Source: Cellulophaga phage phi38:1 | DNA: 32,000 nt | Strand: one strand, 5' to 3' | Sequence record: NC_021796.1 | Shown: positions 7,658 to 16,317 of the stretch, in pieces | Numbering within the stretch: the first letter of the stretch is position 1 | Layout of the letters: each line of letters opens with the position of its first letter | Made by a program: the position numbers and the translations under genes | Notes under the pieces: model-generated | What the model was told of the DNA's origin: nothing | Database searches by the model: none | Seen by the model: only the letters and a program-made list of their open reading frames with translations

Positions 7658-8989
7658 ATGGCAAGAATAAAAAATACACAGATATACGACTATGATGCAT
7701 CTCCTTCACCGGAAGACTATTTAATAGGAACGGATAGCCAAGATAATCTAAGAACTAGAAGCTACCTGATTGGAGATATAATAGCCTTAAGAAATAGTTT
7801 TCTAGGTTTGCCAGATACACCCAATAGTTTTGAAGGACAATCTGGAAAAACTTTAATAGTAAATGACGACGAAGATGGACTAATATTCGGGGAATCAGCA
7901 TCCTCATTTTTAAGTTTATTAGACACTCCCGACACTTTTACAGGTCAATCAGGTAAGTCTATAATAGTAAACAACGACGAGGATGGGGTAGTGTTTGGAG
8001 AGGCAATATCTAAGTTTTTAAGTTTATCAGATACACCGTCCTCTTACGTAGCACAGGCCGGAAAGTCGGTATTAGTAAATGCCCAAGGAACTGGATTGAC
8101 ATTCGGAGAGTCTACCTCTACGTTTTTAAGTTTATCAGATACACCTGACGATTACGAGTTCAGAAAAGGTTGGATATTGAAGGTAAATGATGACGAGGAT
8201 GGAATAAAGTTCCAACAAGATAATTACGTAACATTAGATACAGTTCAAACAATAAACGCTGCAAAAACTTTCAATGGAGTAGTTAGGACAAATAATATAA
8301 TAGCAGACGACCTTATAACCGCAAATAGCTCTGTGTACATCACAGGTGGTCTTAGAGTAGGTAAGTCGGGATCAACGGGCAGTATTACTATTTTTCCATC
8401 GACATCTTTGTTAGCACAAAACACTACTACCTCACATAGTTACTTTTCAGCAGTAGGTACTGGTTCTGGAATAGAGGGGTTTACCTTCAAGCCAGGCGGG
8501 ATCAAGTTTGCCGGAACACTTAATTTTGATGGATTTACGTCAAATAGAGTTCACTCGTTCCAAGATAGAGACGGAACGGTGGCTTATCTTGATGATGTAA
8601 TTTCTCAGGAGTCTGGCAGTTTTACTGCAACATTAGGGGATAGTAATGGTAGGTATAGTTATTCTCAAGGTTCTTCTGTAGGAAGTTATGTGAAGACGGG
8701 TAAGGTTATAAATTTCTCAATTAATATAAGAACAAGCGGAACTACTGATAATGGCGGAACTGCAGGATTACTGTCAATAAGTGGTTTTGATTTCTTGGAT
8801 GACGAGCTTTTTGAGTATAATCAGGTTTTCGCTTGCTTATTCAATAACAAACAGTATCACGGTACAATACACGGAGATAATACTATTATCTTTAGGGAAA
8901 TTGGAGGAAGTATATCAACAGCGGTTATAGCAACTAGTTTACCCAACAGCACTCAGGTGTATATGACAGGGTCTATAGTATTAAATTAA
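7658..8989 (+). CDS. second tail fibre protein with FLSLxDTP repeats
   Basis: N-terminus MARIKNTQIYDYD...YLIGTDSQDNLRTRSYLIGDI parallels the first fibre; four ~36-aa repeats of FLSLxDTPxxY..QxGKxxxVNxxexGxxFGE. Confidence 0.85.
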   Translation: MARIKNTQIYDYDASPSPEDYLIGTDSQDNLRTRSYLIGDIIALRNSFLGLPDTPNSFEGQSGKTLIVNDDEDGLIFGESASSFLSLLDTPDTFTGQSGKSIIVNNDEDGVVFGEAISKFLSLSDTPSSYVAQAGKSVLVNAQGTGLTFGESTSTFLSLSDTPDDYEFRKGWILKVNDDEDGIKFQQDNYVTLDTVQTINAAKTFNGVVRTNNIIADDLITANSSVYITGGLRVGKSGSTGSITIFPSTSLLAQNTTTSHSYFSAVGTGSGIEGFTFKPGGIKFAGTLNFDGFTSNRVHSFQDRDGTVAYLDDVISQESGSFTATLGDSNGRYSYSQGSSVGSYVKTGKVINFSINIRTSGTTDNGGTAGLLSISGFDFLDDELFEYNQVFACLFNNKQYHGTIHGDNTIIFREIGGSISTAVIATSLPNSTQVYMTGSIVLN

Positions 8990-8991
8990 CG

Positions 8992-9029
8992 AGTCGCCGA
9001 GCACATAATATTAGTGTAAGGCGATTTTC
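8992..9029 (+). terminator. Intrinsic terminator
   Basis: agtcgcc / ggcgatt 7-bp stem (one G-U) with a 21-nt loop, followed by tttct. Confidence 0.5.
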
Positions 9030-9031
9030 TT

Positions 9032-9039
9032 TATATTTG
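9032..9039 (+). promoter_or_regulatory. Candidate Bacteroidota -7 element TATATTTG
   Basis: Exact TAnnTTTG immediately after the terminator, 30 nt upstream of the ATG at 9069. Weak -33 candidate TTAG at 9011-9014. Confidence 0.5.
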
Positions 9040-9068
9040 TATAAGTATTAATTTAATAAAATCTAACA

Positions 9069-9311
9069 ATGGCAACGAAACAATTTAGAAAAATAACAGT
9101 AGGAGATAATTTCTCTAACTGCATAGCTTACGTAAAAACTATAAAATACTTAGGACGTTCGGTAGAAATTACTGACATTATAGAAGAAGAAGAAAATAAA
9201 GGTTACATAGATATTTACGTCACTGCAGACGATGGTAGAACCACAGTTATATGGAAGACTATACCGTACAGTAAAGTGATAGAATTTGAATACGATGTAA
9301 ACTTCAAGTAA
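9069..9311 (+). CDS. hypothetical protein (80 aa)
   Basis: Intact ATG ORF following a putative promoter and directly upstream of the GroES-like gene. Confidence 0.75.
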   Translation: MATKQFRKITVGDNFSNCIAYVKTIKYLGRSVEITDIIEEEENKGYIDIYVTADDGRTTVIWKTIPYSKVIEFEYDVNFK

Positions 9312-9312
9312 T

Positions 9313-9897
9313 ATGAAAGCAACTATATATTTTATAGTACACGTGGAAAATTCTTATAATAACCACGTGGAACTAAACGACTCTCAAACAATGGCCGTAA
9401 ACAACTCAATAGAGAGTGTAGAGCACATTAACAGAGTAGGAAAAGTGATAAGCTCCCCTAAAGGCGCTCTAGTCAAAGAGGGAGATTTAGTCTTATTTCA
9501 CCACAACATCTGCAGAAAATCTTGGGGCCTCAAAGGAAAAAAGAAGCCTAGCGAGTACTCGATCACCGAGAATGAATACTACGTTCCGACAGAAGAGATA
9601 TTTATGTACATGAGTGAGGGCGATAGTGATTGGAAAGCTATAGACCCTTTCGTATTTGTAAGGCCTATAGAATCCGAGCCTAAGGTTCTAGATAACGGAC
9701 TAAGGGTGATAGAAGAAGAGTACAAAGGGATGGTTCCTCTAGTGGGAATAATGGCCTATCCAAACAGAGAGCTCCTAGATAAGGGAGTCAAGGCAGGGGA
9801 TAAAGTAGCTTTTCAACAAGATTCAGAACACGAGTACATGATTAAGGGTGTACTACATTATAAAATGAGAACTAACGACATTTTAGCAGTTATATGA
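9313..9897 (+). CDS. putative co-chaperonin with two GroES-like domains
   Basis: C-terminal half FVFVRPIESEPKVLDNGLRVIEEEYKGMVPLVGIMAYPNRELLDKGVKAGDKVAFQQDSEHEYMIKGVLHYKMRTNDILAVI follows the GroES pattern (RP..., G.V...G, GVK.GD.V.F, m...DILAvi). N-terminal half has GKVISSPKGALVKEGDLVLFHHNICRK...YYVPTEEIFMYM. Confidence 0.68.
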   Translation: MKATIYFIVHVENSYNNHVELNDSQTMAVNNSIESVEHINRVGKVISSPKGALVKEGDLVLFHHNICRKSWGLKGKKKPSEYSITENEYYVPTEEIFMYMSEGDSDWKAIDPFVFVRPIESEPKVLDNGLRVIEEEYKGMVPLVGIMAYPNRELLDKGVKAGDKVAFQQDSEHEYMIKGVLHYKMRTNDILAVI

Positions 9898-12533
9898 TAG
9901 GATTAAGCCATGACATAGAATTAGCACTAGACATAGTTATAGAAGGTCTAGATTATCAGATGGTAGTAGATGCCATAGAACCTGATAAGGTTAAGGCTGC
10001 CATGGAGTCAAAATTAACGTCATTCAAAACAGCTAAGGAATTACTTTCTAAGTGGGTAAATAGCCCAAATTCTCCATCGGATAAAAAGTTTACAAACTAC
10101 GTAGAGAAATTAATAAATTCAGGAGAGTCTTCACTTAAGACTTTAAGGAAAGCATTAGTAGCAAAGATCGATTACGACTTATTAGATGCACACAAGCATA
10201 AGCTAGCTGCCCAGACTAAACTACTTGTACTTAACTCTATAACCGAGTTAGATTCTTCATTAATAGAGCTTAGGCACCAGTTTGAAACAGGTAAAGTAAT
10301 CTTAAAAGAAGCAGAATTTACCAGAGGGTTTGCAGAAAAGTTTGCATACGGAGAGTTTTTCCCTTTAGATAACTACTATAAAAAGTGGTACAATGAAGAG
10401 GAAGACGCAGTAGTTATTGACCCAAAGGGTTCTAGAGGTGAGATTATAGAGTTAGACGGGCTAAGGGTTCAGCTACCAATACCACCTAGAGACAGAAAGA
10501 AGATAAGATTCCACGATAAAAAGAAAGAGGATCAGTATTGGAGAAGGGAAGAGTTACCTAAAGGCCTTACCCCTGACAATGCCGAGCCTTTTACAGAATA
10601 CATATTAGAGCAGTTTAGAATAAGAAGAGAAGGACTTTGGTTCTACAACAACGGAAAACCTACTTGGTTGTCTCCTAGACATTGGATGCAATTACAATGG
10701 GGAAAGATGTTTGATGACCAGATATACCCTACTTATAGACACGCTCAACTTTTACTTTACTACCATAAGGAGGCCTGCTACGTAGATTCTAGGTCTATGG
10801 GTCAAATATTCCTTAAGTCTCGTCAAACGGGGTATACTTATGGGATGATGTCAGACTCTTTAGAATTAGTAACTAGGGTTATAGGAGCCAGAACAGGATT
10901 GACTTCGATGACGGATGATGATGCCAGAGTAGCTTTTGGTAAGATGTCTTATACGTTTCAAGAATGGCCGTTCTTCTTCCAACCTATTTATAAAGGTAAA
11001 GTCGATTCTCCTACTAACTTAGCTTTTGGTAAGCCATCAAACTCTAGTAAGGATGAGAAAAAGAAAAAGGATACAACTACAGATGGTTATGTGAACAGTA
11101 TGACTGACTTCGAGGCTACCAAGGTTAAGGCCTATGATGGTAGACACATGAAGTTGTATATTGGGGATGAATCAGCTAAATGGGATAGAGCAAGTTACAT
11201 AGAACACTTAGGTACGCTATTACCTACAACCTTCCGTGGTGGTAGAGTAGTGGGTAAAGTATTCTTAGGATCTACCATGGGTAAATTAAATGCCGGTGGT
11301 GAGGATTTTAAAATACTTTATAGAAACTCTAAGGTTTCAGAGAGACAAGAGTCAGGGTTTACCTCAACTAAATTGTACTCTTACTTTATGGGAGCGCATA
11401 CCAACTACGAAAACTGTATTGATAAATATGGTAAGTGTTGGGAAGAGACCCCTCCAAAAGGAACCCTTAACGTGTTCGGAGAGCCAATACTTAAAGGATC
11501 TATACAGGCTATTAAAGAGATGTACAATGATGCAAAGAATACAGATGATGTAGCTCTTAACGCAGCATATAGAGCATTCCCTATGACCGAGTCTCACGCT
11601 ATGAGGGATGAGGCCGACGAGTGTGTATTCAACCTTACTAAACTTACTGACCAATGGGATAACAATGAAGAAGTGTCTATTTTTAAGAGTCAATATGTTA
11701 GAGGTAATTTCAAGTGGGAAAATGACATAAGATTCTCTAAGGTAGAATTTATACCAGATGATAGAGGTAGGTTCAAGATAGCTTGGATGCCGAACAAGGG
11801 AGATAACACAGACCACCTTAGAAATAATGTAAAGTCCGTAAGAAACTTATACACTCCGATGAACGACTACGGTTGTATAGGAGTCGATTGTTTTGGTTCA
11901 TACGTACAAGGTAAAAATAAAGCGTCTAAAGGAGCTGCCCACGGGTACTCTAAACCTAACGCACATGGAGTTCCGACAAACTTCTTCTTCTTTGAATACT
12001 TAGATAGGCCTGCAACACAGGACATATTTAACGAAGATATATTTATGGCGGCATGGTTCTACGGACTACCTATATTAGCAGAGAACAACAGGAGGGATTT
12101 TGTTAGATACATTTACTCTAACAGATCTAGACCATTCTCAATGAATAGAGTAGACAAGAAGAAACTAGACGGAGATGATTTAGTATTAGGAGGACAGCCA
12201 ATGCAGAGTAAGGATATTTTAGATACTCACGAAAACTGTATTAGAACTTTTATACAATGTCACGTAGGGGTTAGTACAGCGCCAGAGGGTATAAAATACA
12301 GACCGGAAGGAGACATGGGTAATATGGTCTTCAACGACACTATTTCCGACTGGATGATATTCAATCCAAGTGCTAGAACTGCCCATGATGCAACTATCTC
12401 TAGTGGATTAGCCATAATGGGATGTCAAAGAGAGAGATACAACCCTATCGAGAAAAAGAATGATAAGGAAAAAAACGTATCTTTGATAAGAAAATATAAA
12501 AATACGGGTTACACCAGTACACTTATAAAATAG
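9894..12533 (+). CDS. terminase large subunit
   Basis: ATPase with Walker-A-like KSRQTGYT (10815-10838), Walker-B-like KLYIGDESAKW and a nuclease-like C-terminal region (GCIGVDCFG...); upstream of portal and capsid. Confidence 0.88.
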   Translation: MIGLSHDIELALDIVIEGLDYQMVVDAIEPDKVKAAMESKLTSFKTAKELLSKWVNSPNSPSDKKFTNYVEKLINSGESSLKTLRKALVAKIDYDLLDAHKHKLAAQTKLLVLNSITELDSSLIELRHQFETGKVILKEAEFTRGFAEKFAYGEFFPLDNYYKKWYNEEEDAVVIDPKGSRGEIIELDGLRVQLPIPPRDRKKIRFHDKKKEDQYWRREELPKGLTPDNAEPFTEYILEQFRIRREGLWFYNNGKPTWLSPRHWMQLQWGKMFDDQIYPTYRHAQLLLYYHKEACYVDSRSMGQIFLKSRQTGYTYGMMSDSLELVTRVIGARTGLTSMTDDDARVAFGKMSYTFQEWPFFFQPIYKGKVDSPTNLAFGKPSNSSKDEKKKKDTTTDGYVNSMTDFEATKVKAYDGRHMKLYIGDESAKWDRASYIEHLGTLLPTTFRGGRVVGKVFLGSTMGKLNAGGEDFKILYRNSKVSERQESGFTSTKLYSYFMGAHTNYENCIDKYGKCWEETPPKGTLNVFGEPILKGSIQAIKEMYNDAKNTDDVALNAAYRAFPMTESHAMRDEADECVFNLTKLTDQWDNNEEVSIFKSQYVRGNFKWENDIRFSKVEFIPDDRGRFKIAWMPNKGDNTDHLRNNVKSVRNLYTPMNDYGCIGVDCFGSYVQGKNKASKGAAHGYSKPNAHGVPTNFFFFEYLDRPATQDIFNEDIFMAAWFYGLPILAENNRRDFVRYIYSNRSRPFSMNRVDKKKLDGDDLVLGGQPMQSKDILDTHENCIRTFIQCHVGVSTAPEGIKYRPEGDMGNMVFNDTISDWMIFNPSARTAHDATISSGLAIMGCQRERYNPIEKKNDKEKNVSLIRKYKNTGYTSTLIK

Positions 12534-12537
12534 ATAG

Positions 12538-15024
12538 ATGAATAATAAAAGTAAAAACCTTAAAATGGCAGCTCACAGAACTCAGCCAGACCCTTTCGCA
12601 TCTTCCGAAGAAAAAGGAAGTGAAGAGTATGGTTTGAAGTTCGGTAAGTTAATAGAACACGAATGGTTCTTTATTAAATCAGGAGGCACAGATAGCCAGT
12701 TTTATGATAAGCAAGCTAAGTTCCACGAGCTTAGAAAGTACGCTAGAGGTGAACACGATACCGGATTAACTAAGAAACTTATTTCAGATGGAGTGGATGG
12801 AGAGTCTTATACCAACTACGATTGGAGACCTATTCAAATACTTCCTAAATTTATTAAGTTAGTAGTAAATCAAATGCTAGAGCGTCTATATGAAATAGAT
12901 GCCCAAGCTATTGACGGAATCTCGCAAGGCTTAAGAGACGAGTATAAAGACATACTTCAAAAGAACATGGTTGCAAAACCTATGTTAGAAGACGCTAAAA
13001 ATTTACTAGGTATAGACTTATCCCCAGATGGAATGGGAGAAATACCTGACAGTAATGAAGAGCTAGACCTTCACATGAATCTTAACTACAAGCCTGCCAT
13101 TGAGGTGGCTATAGAACAAGCTTTAAAGTATACCTTAGAGTTAAACGAGTACGATGAGACTCAAAAAATGATGTTGAAAGATTTGACAGAGATCGGTGTG
13201 GCCGCTCTACACCACAGGACTGACCCTACAAAAGGAATAGTAGCTGAGTATAGAGACCCTGCGGATATGGTCTGGTCTTACCCAACAAGGAGTAATTTTG
13301 AAAATGTATACTACTACGGATCAGCTAGAAGGTTGACACTTAACGAAGTACAAAGATTATCAGGTAAGAAGTTCTCTCAGGATGAGCTTGAAAAATATGC
13401 CAACGTTTCAAAAGAATGGGGTGCATATAATAAAATATCTAACGAGTTCTGGTACAGAGGTGAGGATTTAACAAACTACCAAGTAGACGTATTAGACTTC
13501 ACATTCAAGACGACTAAGTTAACTAAATACAAAAAGAAGTATAAGAAAAATGGAGGGTTTTCAATAATAGAAAAACCTTCTGATTATATCAAACCTCAAA
13601 GTATTTTAGACAAAGAAGAAAAGCAAGGGTTTAAAGAGTACGACATCCTAGAGAATGTGGATGAAGTATGGTACGAAGGTTCTTTAGTAATAGGTACAGA
13701 TTTATTATTCAACTACGGGGAGTGTACTAATATGCTTAGGCCAGAGGGATACATAAACAATAAAGTTATGTCTAACTATGTTGTATACGCACCGGAATTA
13801 TACCAAGGACGTATCCAATCTTTAGTTGGGAGGGTGACTCAATACATAGACCAATTACAACAAATTCAAGTTAAGATACAACAATTCATTGCCAAGGCTA
13901 AGCCTAACGGGATATGGATAGATGTTGACGGTCTACAAGAATTAGATATGGGTGAGGGTAACACCTTCGGGCCTTTGGAATTAATCAGGTACTACGATGA
14001 AACGGGTAACCTTTTAGGTACTTCTAAGTTAGCGGATGGCAATTACAATAACGGAGCTATGCCTATTAAAGAGCTTAATAACGGTGGTATGGCAGGTTTA
14101 GAGCAGTTAATGAACTCTTACAACTTCCATTTGAACTTATTCAGAGAAGCTATTGGTATAGGACAAGGTGCCGACGGTACTTTACCAGACCCTAGAACTT
14201 CTAACGGAGCTTTAGAAGCACAACAAAATAAATCCAACGTTGCGACTAGGTACATCCTAGATGCTCAACTTAAAATAACACAGTACTTAGCCAATGGACT
14301 TTCATTGAGACTAAAGGATATTTTCAAGTATTCTAATCTTAAGAAGGCTTACATAAATTCTATAGGTAAAGTTAATGTGGATGTATTGAAGTCTATACAA
14401 AACCTTCACTTACACGATTTTGGTATTACTATTAAGCTTAAACCAGACGCACAAGATAGAGCCATGTTAGAGAATAACATACAGGCCGAGATTGCTGCAG
14501 GCGGACTTTCTACAGTAGATGGTATTGACATTAGAAGAATAGGGAATATTACCCTAGCTAATGAAATGCTTAAAATAAGAAAGAAGAAGAACATAGAGGA
14601 AAATCACAAGAGGGAGCTTGAAAAAATCGAAGCTAACGGAGAGGCATCTGCTAGGGGTGCTCAAGCAGCAGCGGAAGCTAAGCAAAGTGAAATGTCCATG
14701 GAGTTCGACTTTAAGAAGCAAATACTATTATTAGAGAGAGAAAGTGCGGAGCTTAGAACTAACGGAGAGTTAGAAGCTAAGAGGTTACTTATGGCAGACG
14801 AATATTTCTACCAAACAGGTATTCAAGCAGAACTTGATAAGAACACTAAAAACTTGGAGAAATATAAGGAAGACAGAAAGGACGAAAGAACTAAGATACA
14901 AGCAACGCAGCAATCTAAGATTAAGTCAGAGCAAAGTAAAGAAGGTGGAGGAGAGGCCATAGATTTCAGATCTGGTAACACTAGTATCACAGGTGACTTA
15001 GGAATGGACGACTTTACAGCATAA
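12538..15024 (+). CDS. portal protein
   Basis: 828-aa ORF between terminase and scaffold/MCP; central region RGEDLTNYQVDVLDFTFKTTK..., LYQGRIQSLVGRVTQYIDQLQQIQVKIQQF, then a long charged coiled-coil tail. Called mainly from synteny and portal-like helical content. Confidence 0.82.
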   Translation: MNNKSKNLKMAAHRTQPDPFASSEEKGSEEYGLKFGKLIEHEWFFIKSGGTDSQFYDKQAKFHELRKYARGEHDTGLTKKLISDGVDGESYTNYDWRPIQILPKFIKLVVNQMLERLYEIDAQAIDGISQGLRDEYKDILQKNMVAKPMLEDAKNLLGIDLSPDGMGEIPDSNEELDLHMNLNYKPAIEVAIEQALKYTLELNEYDETQKMMLKDLTEIGVAALHHRTDPTKGIVAEYRDPADMVWSYPTRSNFENVYYYGSARRLTLNEVQRLSGKKFSQDELEKYANVSKEWGAYNKISNEFWYRGEDLTNYQVDVLDFTFKTTKLTKYKKKYKKNGGFSIIEKPSDYIKPQSILDKEEKQGFKEYDILENVDEVWYEGSLVIGTDLLFNYGECTNMLRPEGYINNKVMSNYVVYAPELYQGRIQSLVGRVTQYIDQLQQIQVKIQQFIAKAKPNGIWIDVDGLQELDMGEGNTFGPLELIRYYDETGNLLGTSKLADGNYNNGAMPIKELNNGGMAGLEQLMNSYNFHLNLFREAIGIGQGADGTLPDPRTSNGALEAQQNKSNVATRYILDAQLKITQYLANGLSLRLKDIFKYSNLKKAYINSIGKVNVDVLKSIQNLHLHDFGITIKLKPDAQDRAMLENNIQAEIAAGGLSTVDGIDIRRIGNITLANEMLKIRKKKNIEENHKRELEKIEANGEASARGAQAAAEAKQSEMSMEFDFKKQILLLERESAELRTNGELEAKRLLMADEYFYQTGIQAELDKNTKNLEKYKEDRKDERTKIQATQQSKIKSEQSKEGGGEAIDFRSGNTSITGDLGMDDFTA

Positions 15025-15046
15025 AAAAAGCATATATAATAATTAC

Positions 15047-15054
15047 TATCTTTG
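15047..15054 (+). promoter_or_regulatory. Candidate -7 element TATCTTTG
   Basis: Exact TAnnTTTG in the portal-scaffold gap, 32 nt upstream of the ATG at 15086; no clear -33. Confidence 0.45.
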
Positions 15055-15085
15055 TAAGGTAGTTTCAAACTAAATTCAATTCAAT

Positions 15086-16288
15086 ATGGCATTTTTCAAA
15101 AAACAAGGGGATAACCTAAGTAGAGCAGCATCTATTATATCAGGCATTTCCAAAACTCCTTCTGGTGAACCAAAACCACCAGTAGAGCCAACAATAGAAC
15201 CAACAGTAGAGCCAACAGTAGAGCCAACAATAGAACCTACAGTAGAGCCAACAATAGAACCAACAGTAGAGCCTACAGTAGAGCCTACAGATAATATACC
15301 ACCAGTAGAAGAGGGAGTTGCAGACCCAATTCCTCCGGTGGAAGTAAAACCAGAAGTTCCTAAACCAGTAGAAACTCCTGAGGTTACGCCAGAAGTTACA
15401 GAAGAAGCACTATTATCATTATTGAGCGAGAGGCTAGGTAGAAGTATTAGTAGTGTAGACGATCTTAAACAGAAGGAAGTTGATCCGGAGGTAGAAGCAC
15501 TTTTAAAGTGGAAAGAAGACACAGGTTTAAGCTTATCAGATTGGTCTGAATACAATAAAGATTTTTCAAGTATGAAGGACTTGGACGTGGCTAGAGAGAT
15601 TCTATCCCAAGAGTTTCCAAACTTCACAGACGAAGAAATAGAGTATTCATTAAAAGACTATATTTACGATGAGGACTATGACGACGACGGAGATAAGATG
15701 CGTAAAAACATAAATCTTAAGAAGTTCGCCAAAGAGGGGCGGGAAAAGTTAGAGTCTAGTAAAGTTAATTTACCTAAAGGTAATAAACAACCTAGCCTGA
15801 CAAAAGAGCAACAAGAGGCTATTAATTTTGCTAATCAGTTTAAGGAAACCCAAGCAGCTAGTGCAAAAGCTACCGAGGATTATAACTTGAACATTTCAAA
15901 ACAATCTCAATCTCTTGAAGCTATAGAGCTGAATTTGAAAGAGGGGATGACGTTAAAGTACAGCATCCCCGAAGAGACTAGAAGAAATTTACCTAAAATG
16001 GTCGCAGAAATGCCTCATTGGTATAATGAAGATGGTTCTTACAATCACGCTAATGTAGTTAAAGATGTTGCAAAAGTAACAAACTTCGACGCTATGATAC
16101 AAGCTGCTTATAATCAAGGAGTTGAATCAGGAAAAGAAGGACAGATTAGAGTAGGGGCTAACATCACAATAGATGGATCACCTTCTCCGGCAAAGCCGAC
16201 AACAAAGAAAGGTAATATAGAAAGTGTTGTAAGCAACATAACAGGGGGTAGACAAGGCTCTAAATTACGTTTCAAACGAAAAAAGTAA
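15086..16288 (+). CDS. putative scaffold/capsid assembly protein
   Basis: Acidic ORF with a proline-rich repeat linker, helical C-terminal region and basic C-terminus (KLRFKRKK), positioned between portal and MCP. Confidence 0.65.
   Translation: MAFFKKQGDNLSRAASIISGISKTPSGEPKPPVEPTIEPTVEPTVEPTIEPTVEPTIEPTVEPTVEPTDNIPPVEEGVADPIPPVEVKPEVPKPVETPEVTPEVTEEALLSLLSERLGRSISSVDDLKQKEVDPEVEALLKWKEDTGLSLSDWSEYNKDFSSMKDLDVAREILSQEFPNFTDEEIEYSLKDYIYDEDYDDDGDKMRKNINLKKFAKEGREKLESSKVNLPKGNKQPSLTKEQQEAINFANQFKETQAASAKATEDYNLNISKQSQSLEAIELNLKEGMTLKYSIPEETRRNLPKMVAEMPHWYNEDGSYNHANVVKDVAKVTNFDAMIQAAYNQGVESGKEGQIRVGANITIDGSPSPAKPTTKKGNIESVVSNITGGRQGSKLRFKRKK
15181..15290 (+). repeat. 12-nt tandem repeat encoding EPT(V/I)
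   Basis: About nine degenerate copies of gagccaacagta/gaaccaacaata read directly from the sequence; 15181-15213 recurs at 15241-15273. Confidence 0.92.
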
Positions 16289-16317
16289 GAAACACAACCA
16301 AATAACAAATAACAAAA

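Noticed and set aside
4250-8989. Diversity-generating retroelement target in the fibres
   Set aside because: No reverse transcriptase ORF and no template-repeat/variable-repeat pair seen in the window; the repeats here are structural shaft modules.
11290-11816. Plus +87 aa and minus 150-aa ORFs inside terminase
   Set aside because: Both lie fully inside the well-supported terminase frame and have no recognisable motifs.
15181-15290. CRISPR-like array
   Set aside because: Repeats are 12 nt, contiguous with no spacers, and in frame as EPT(V/I) within a CDS.
15076-15627. Minus-strand 183-aa ORF opposite the scaffold gene
   Set aside because: It is the mirror of the 12-nt repeat array (GSTVGSTVGSIV...); the plus ORF is longer, syntenic and has a proper leader, so this is a shadow ORF.
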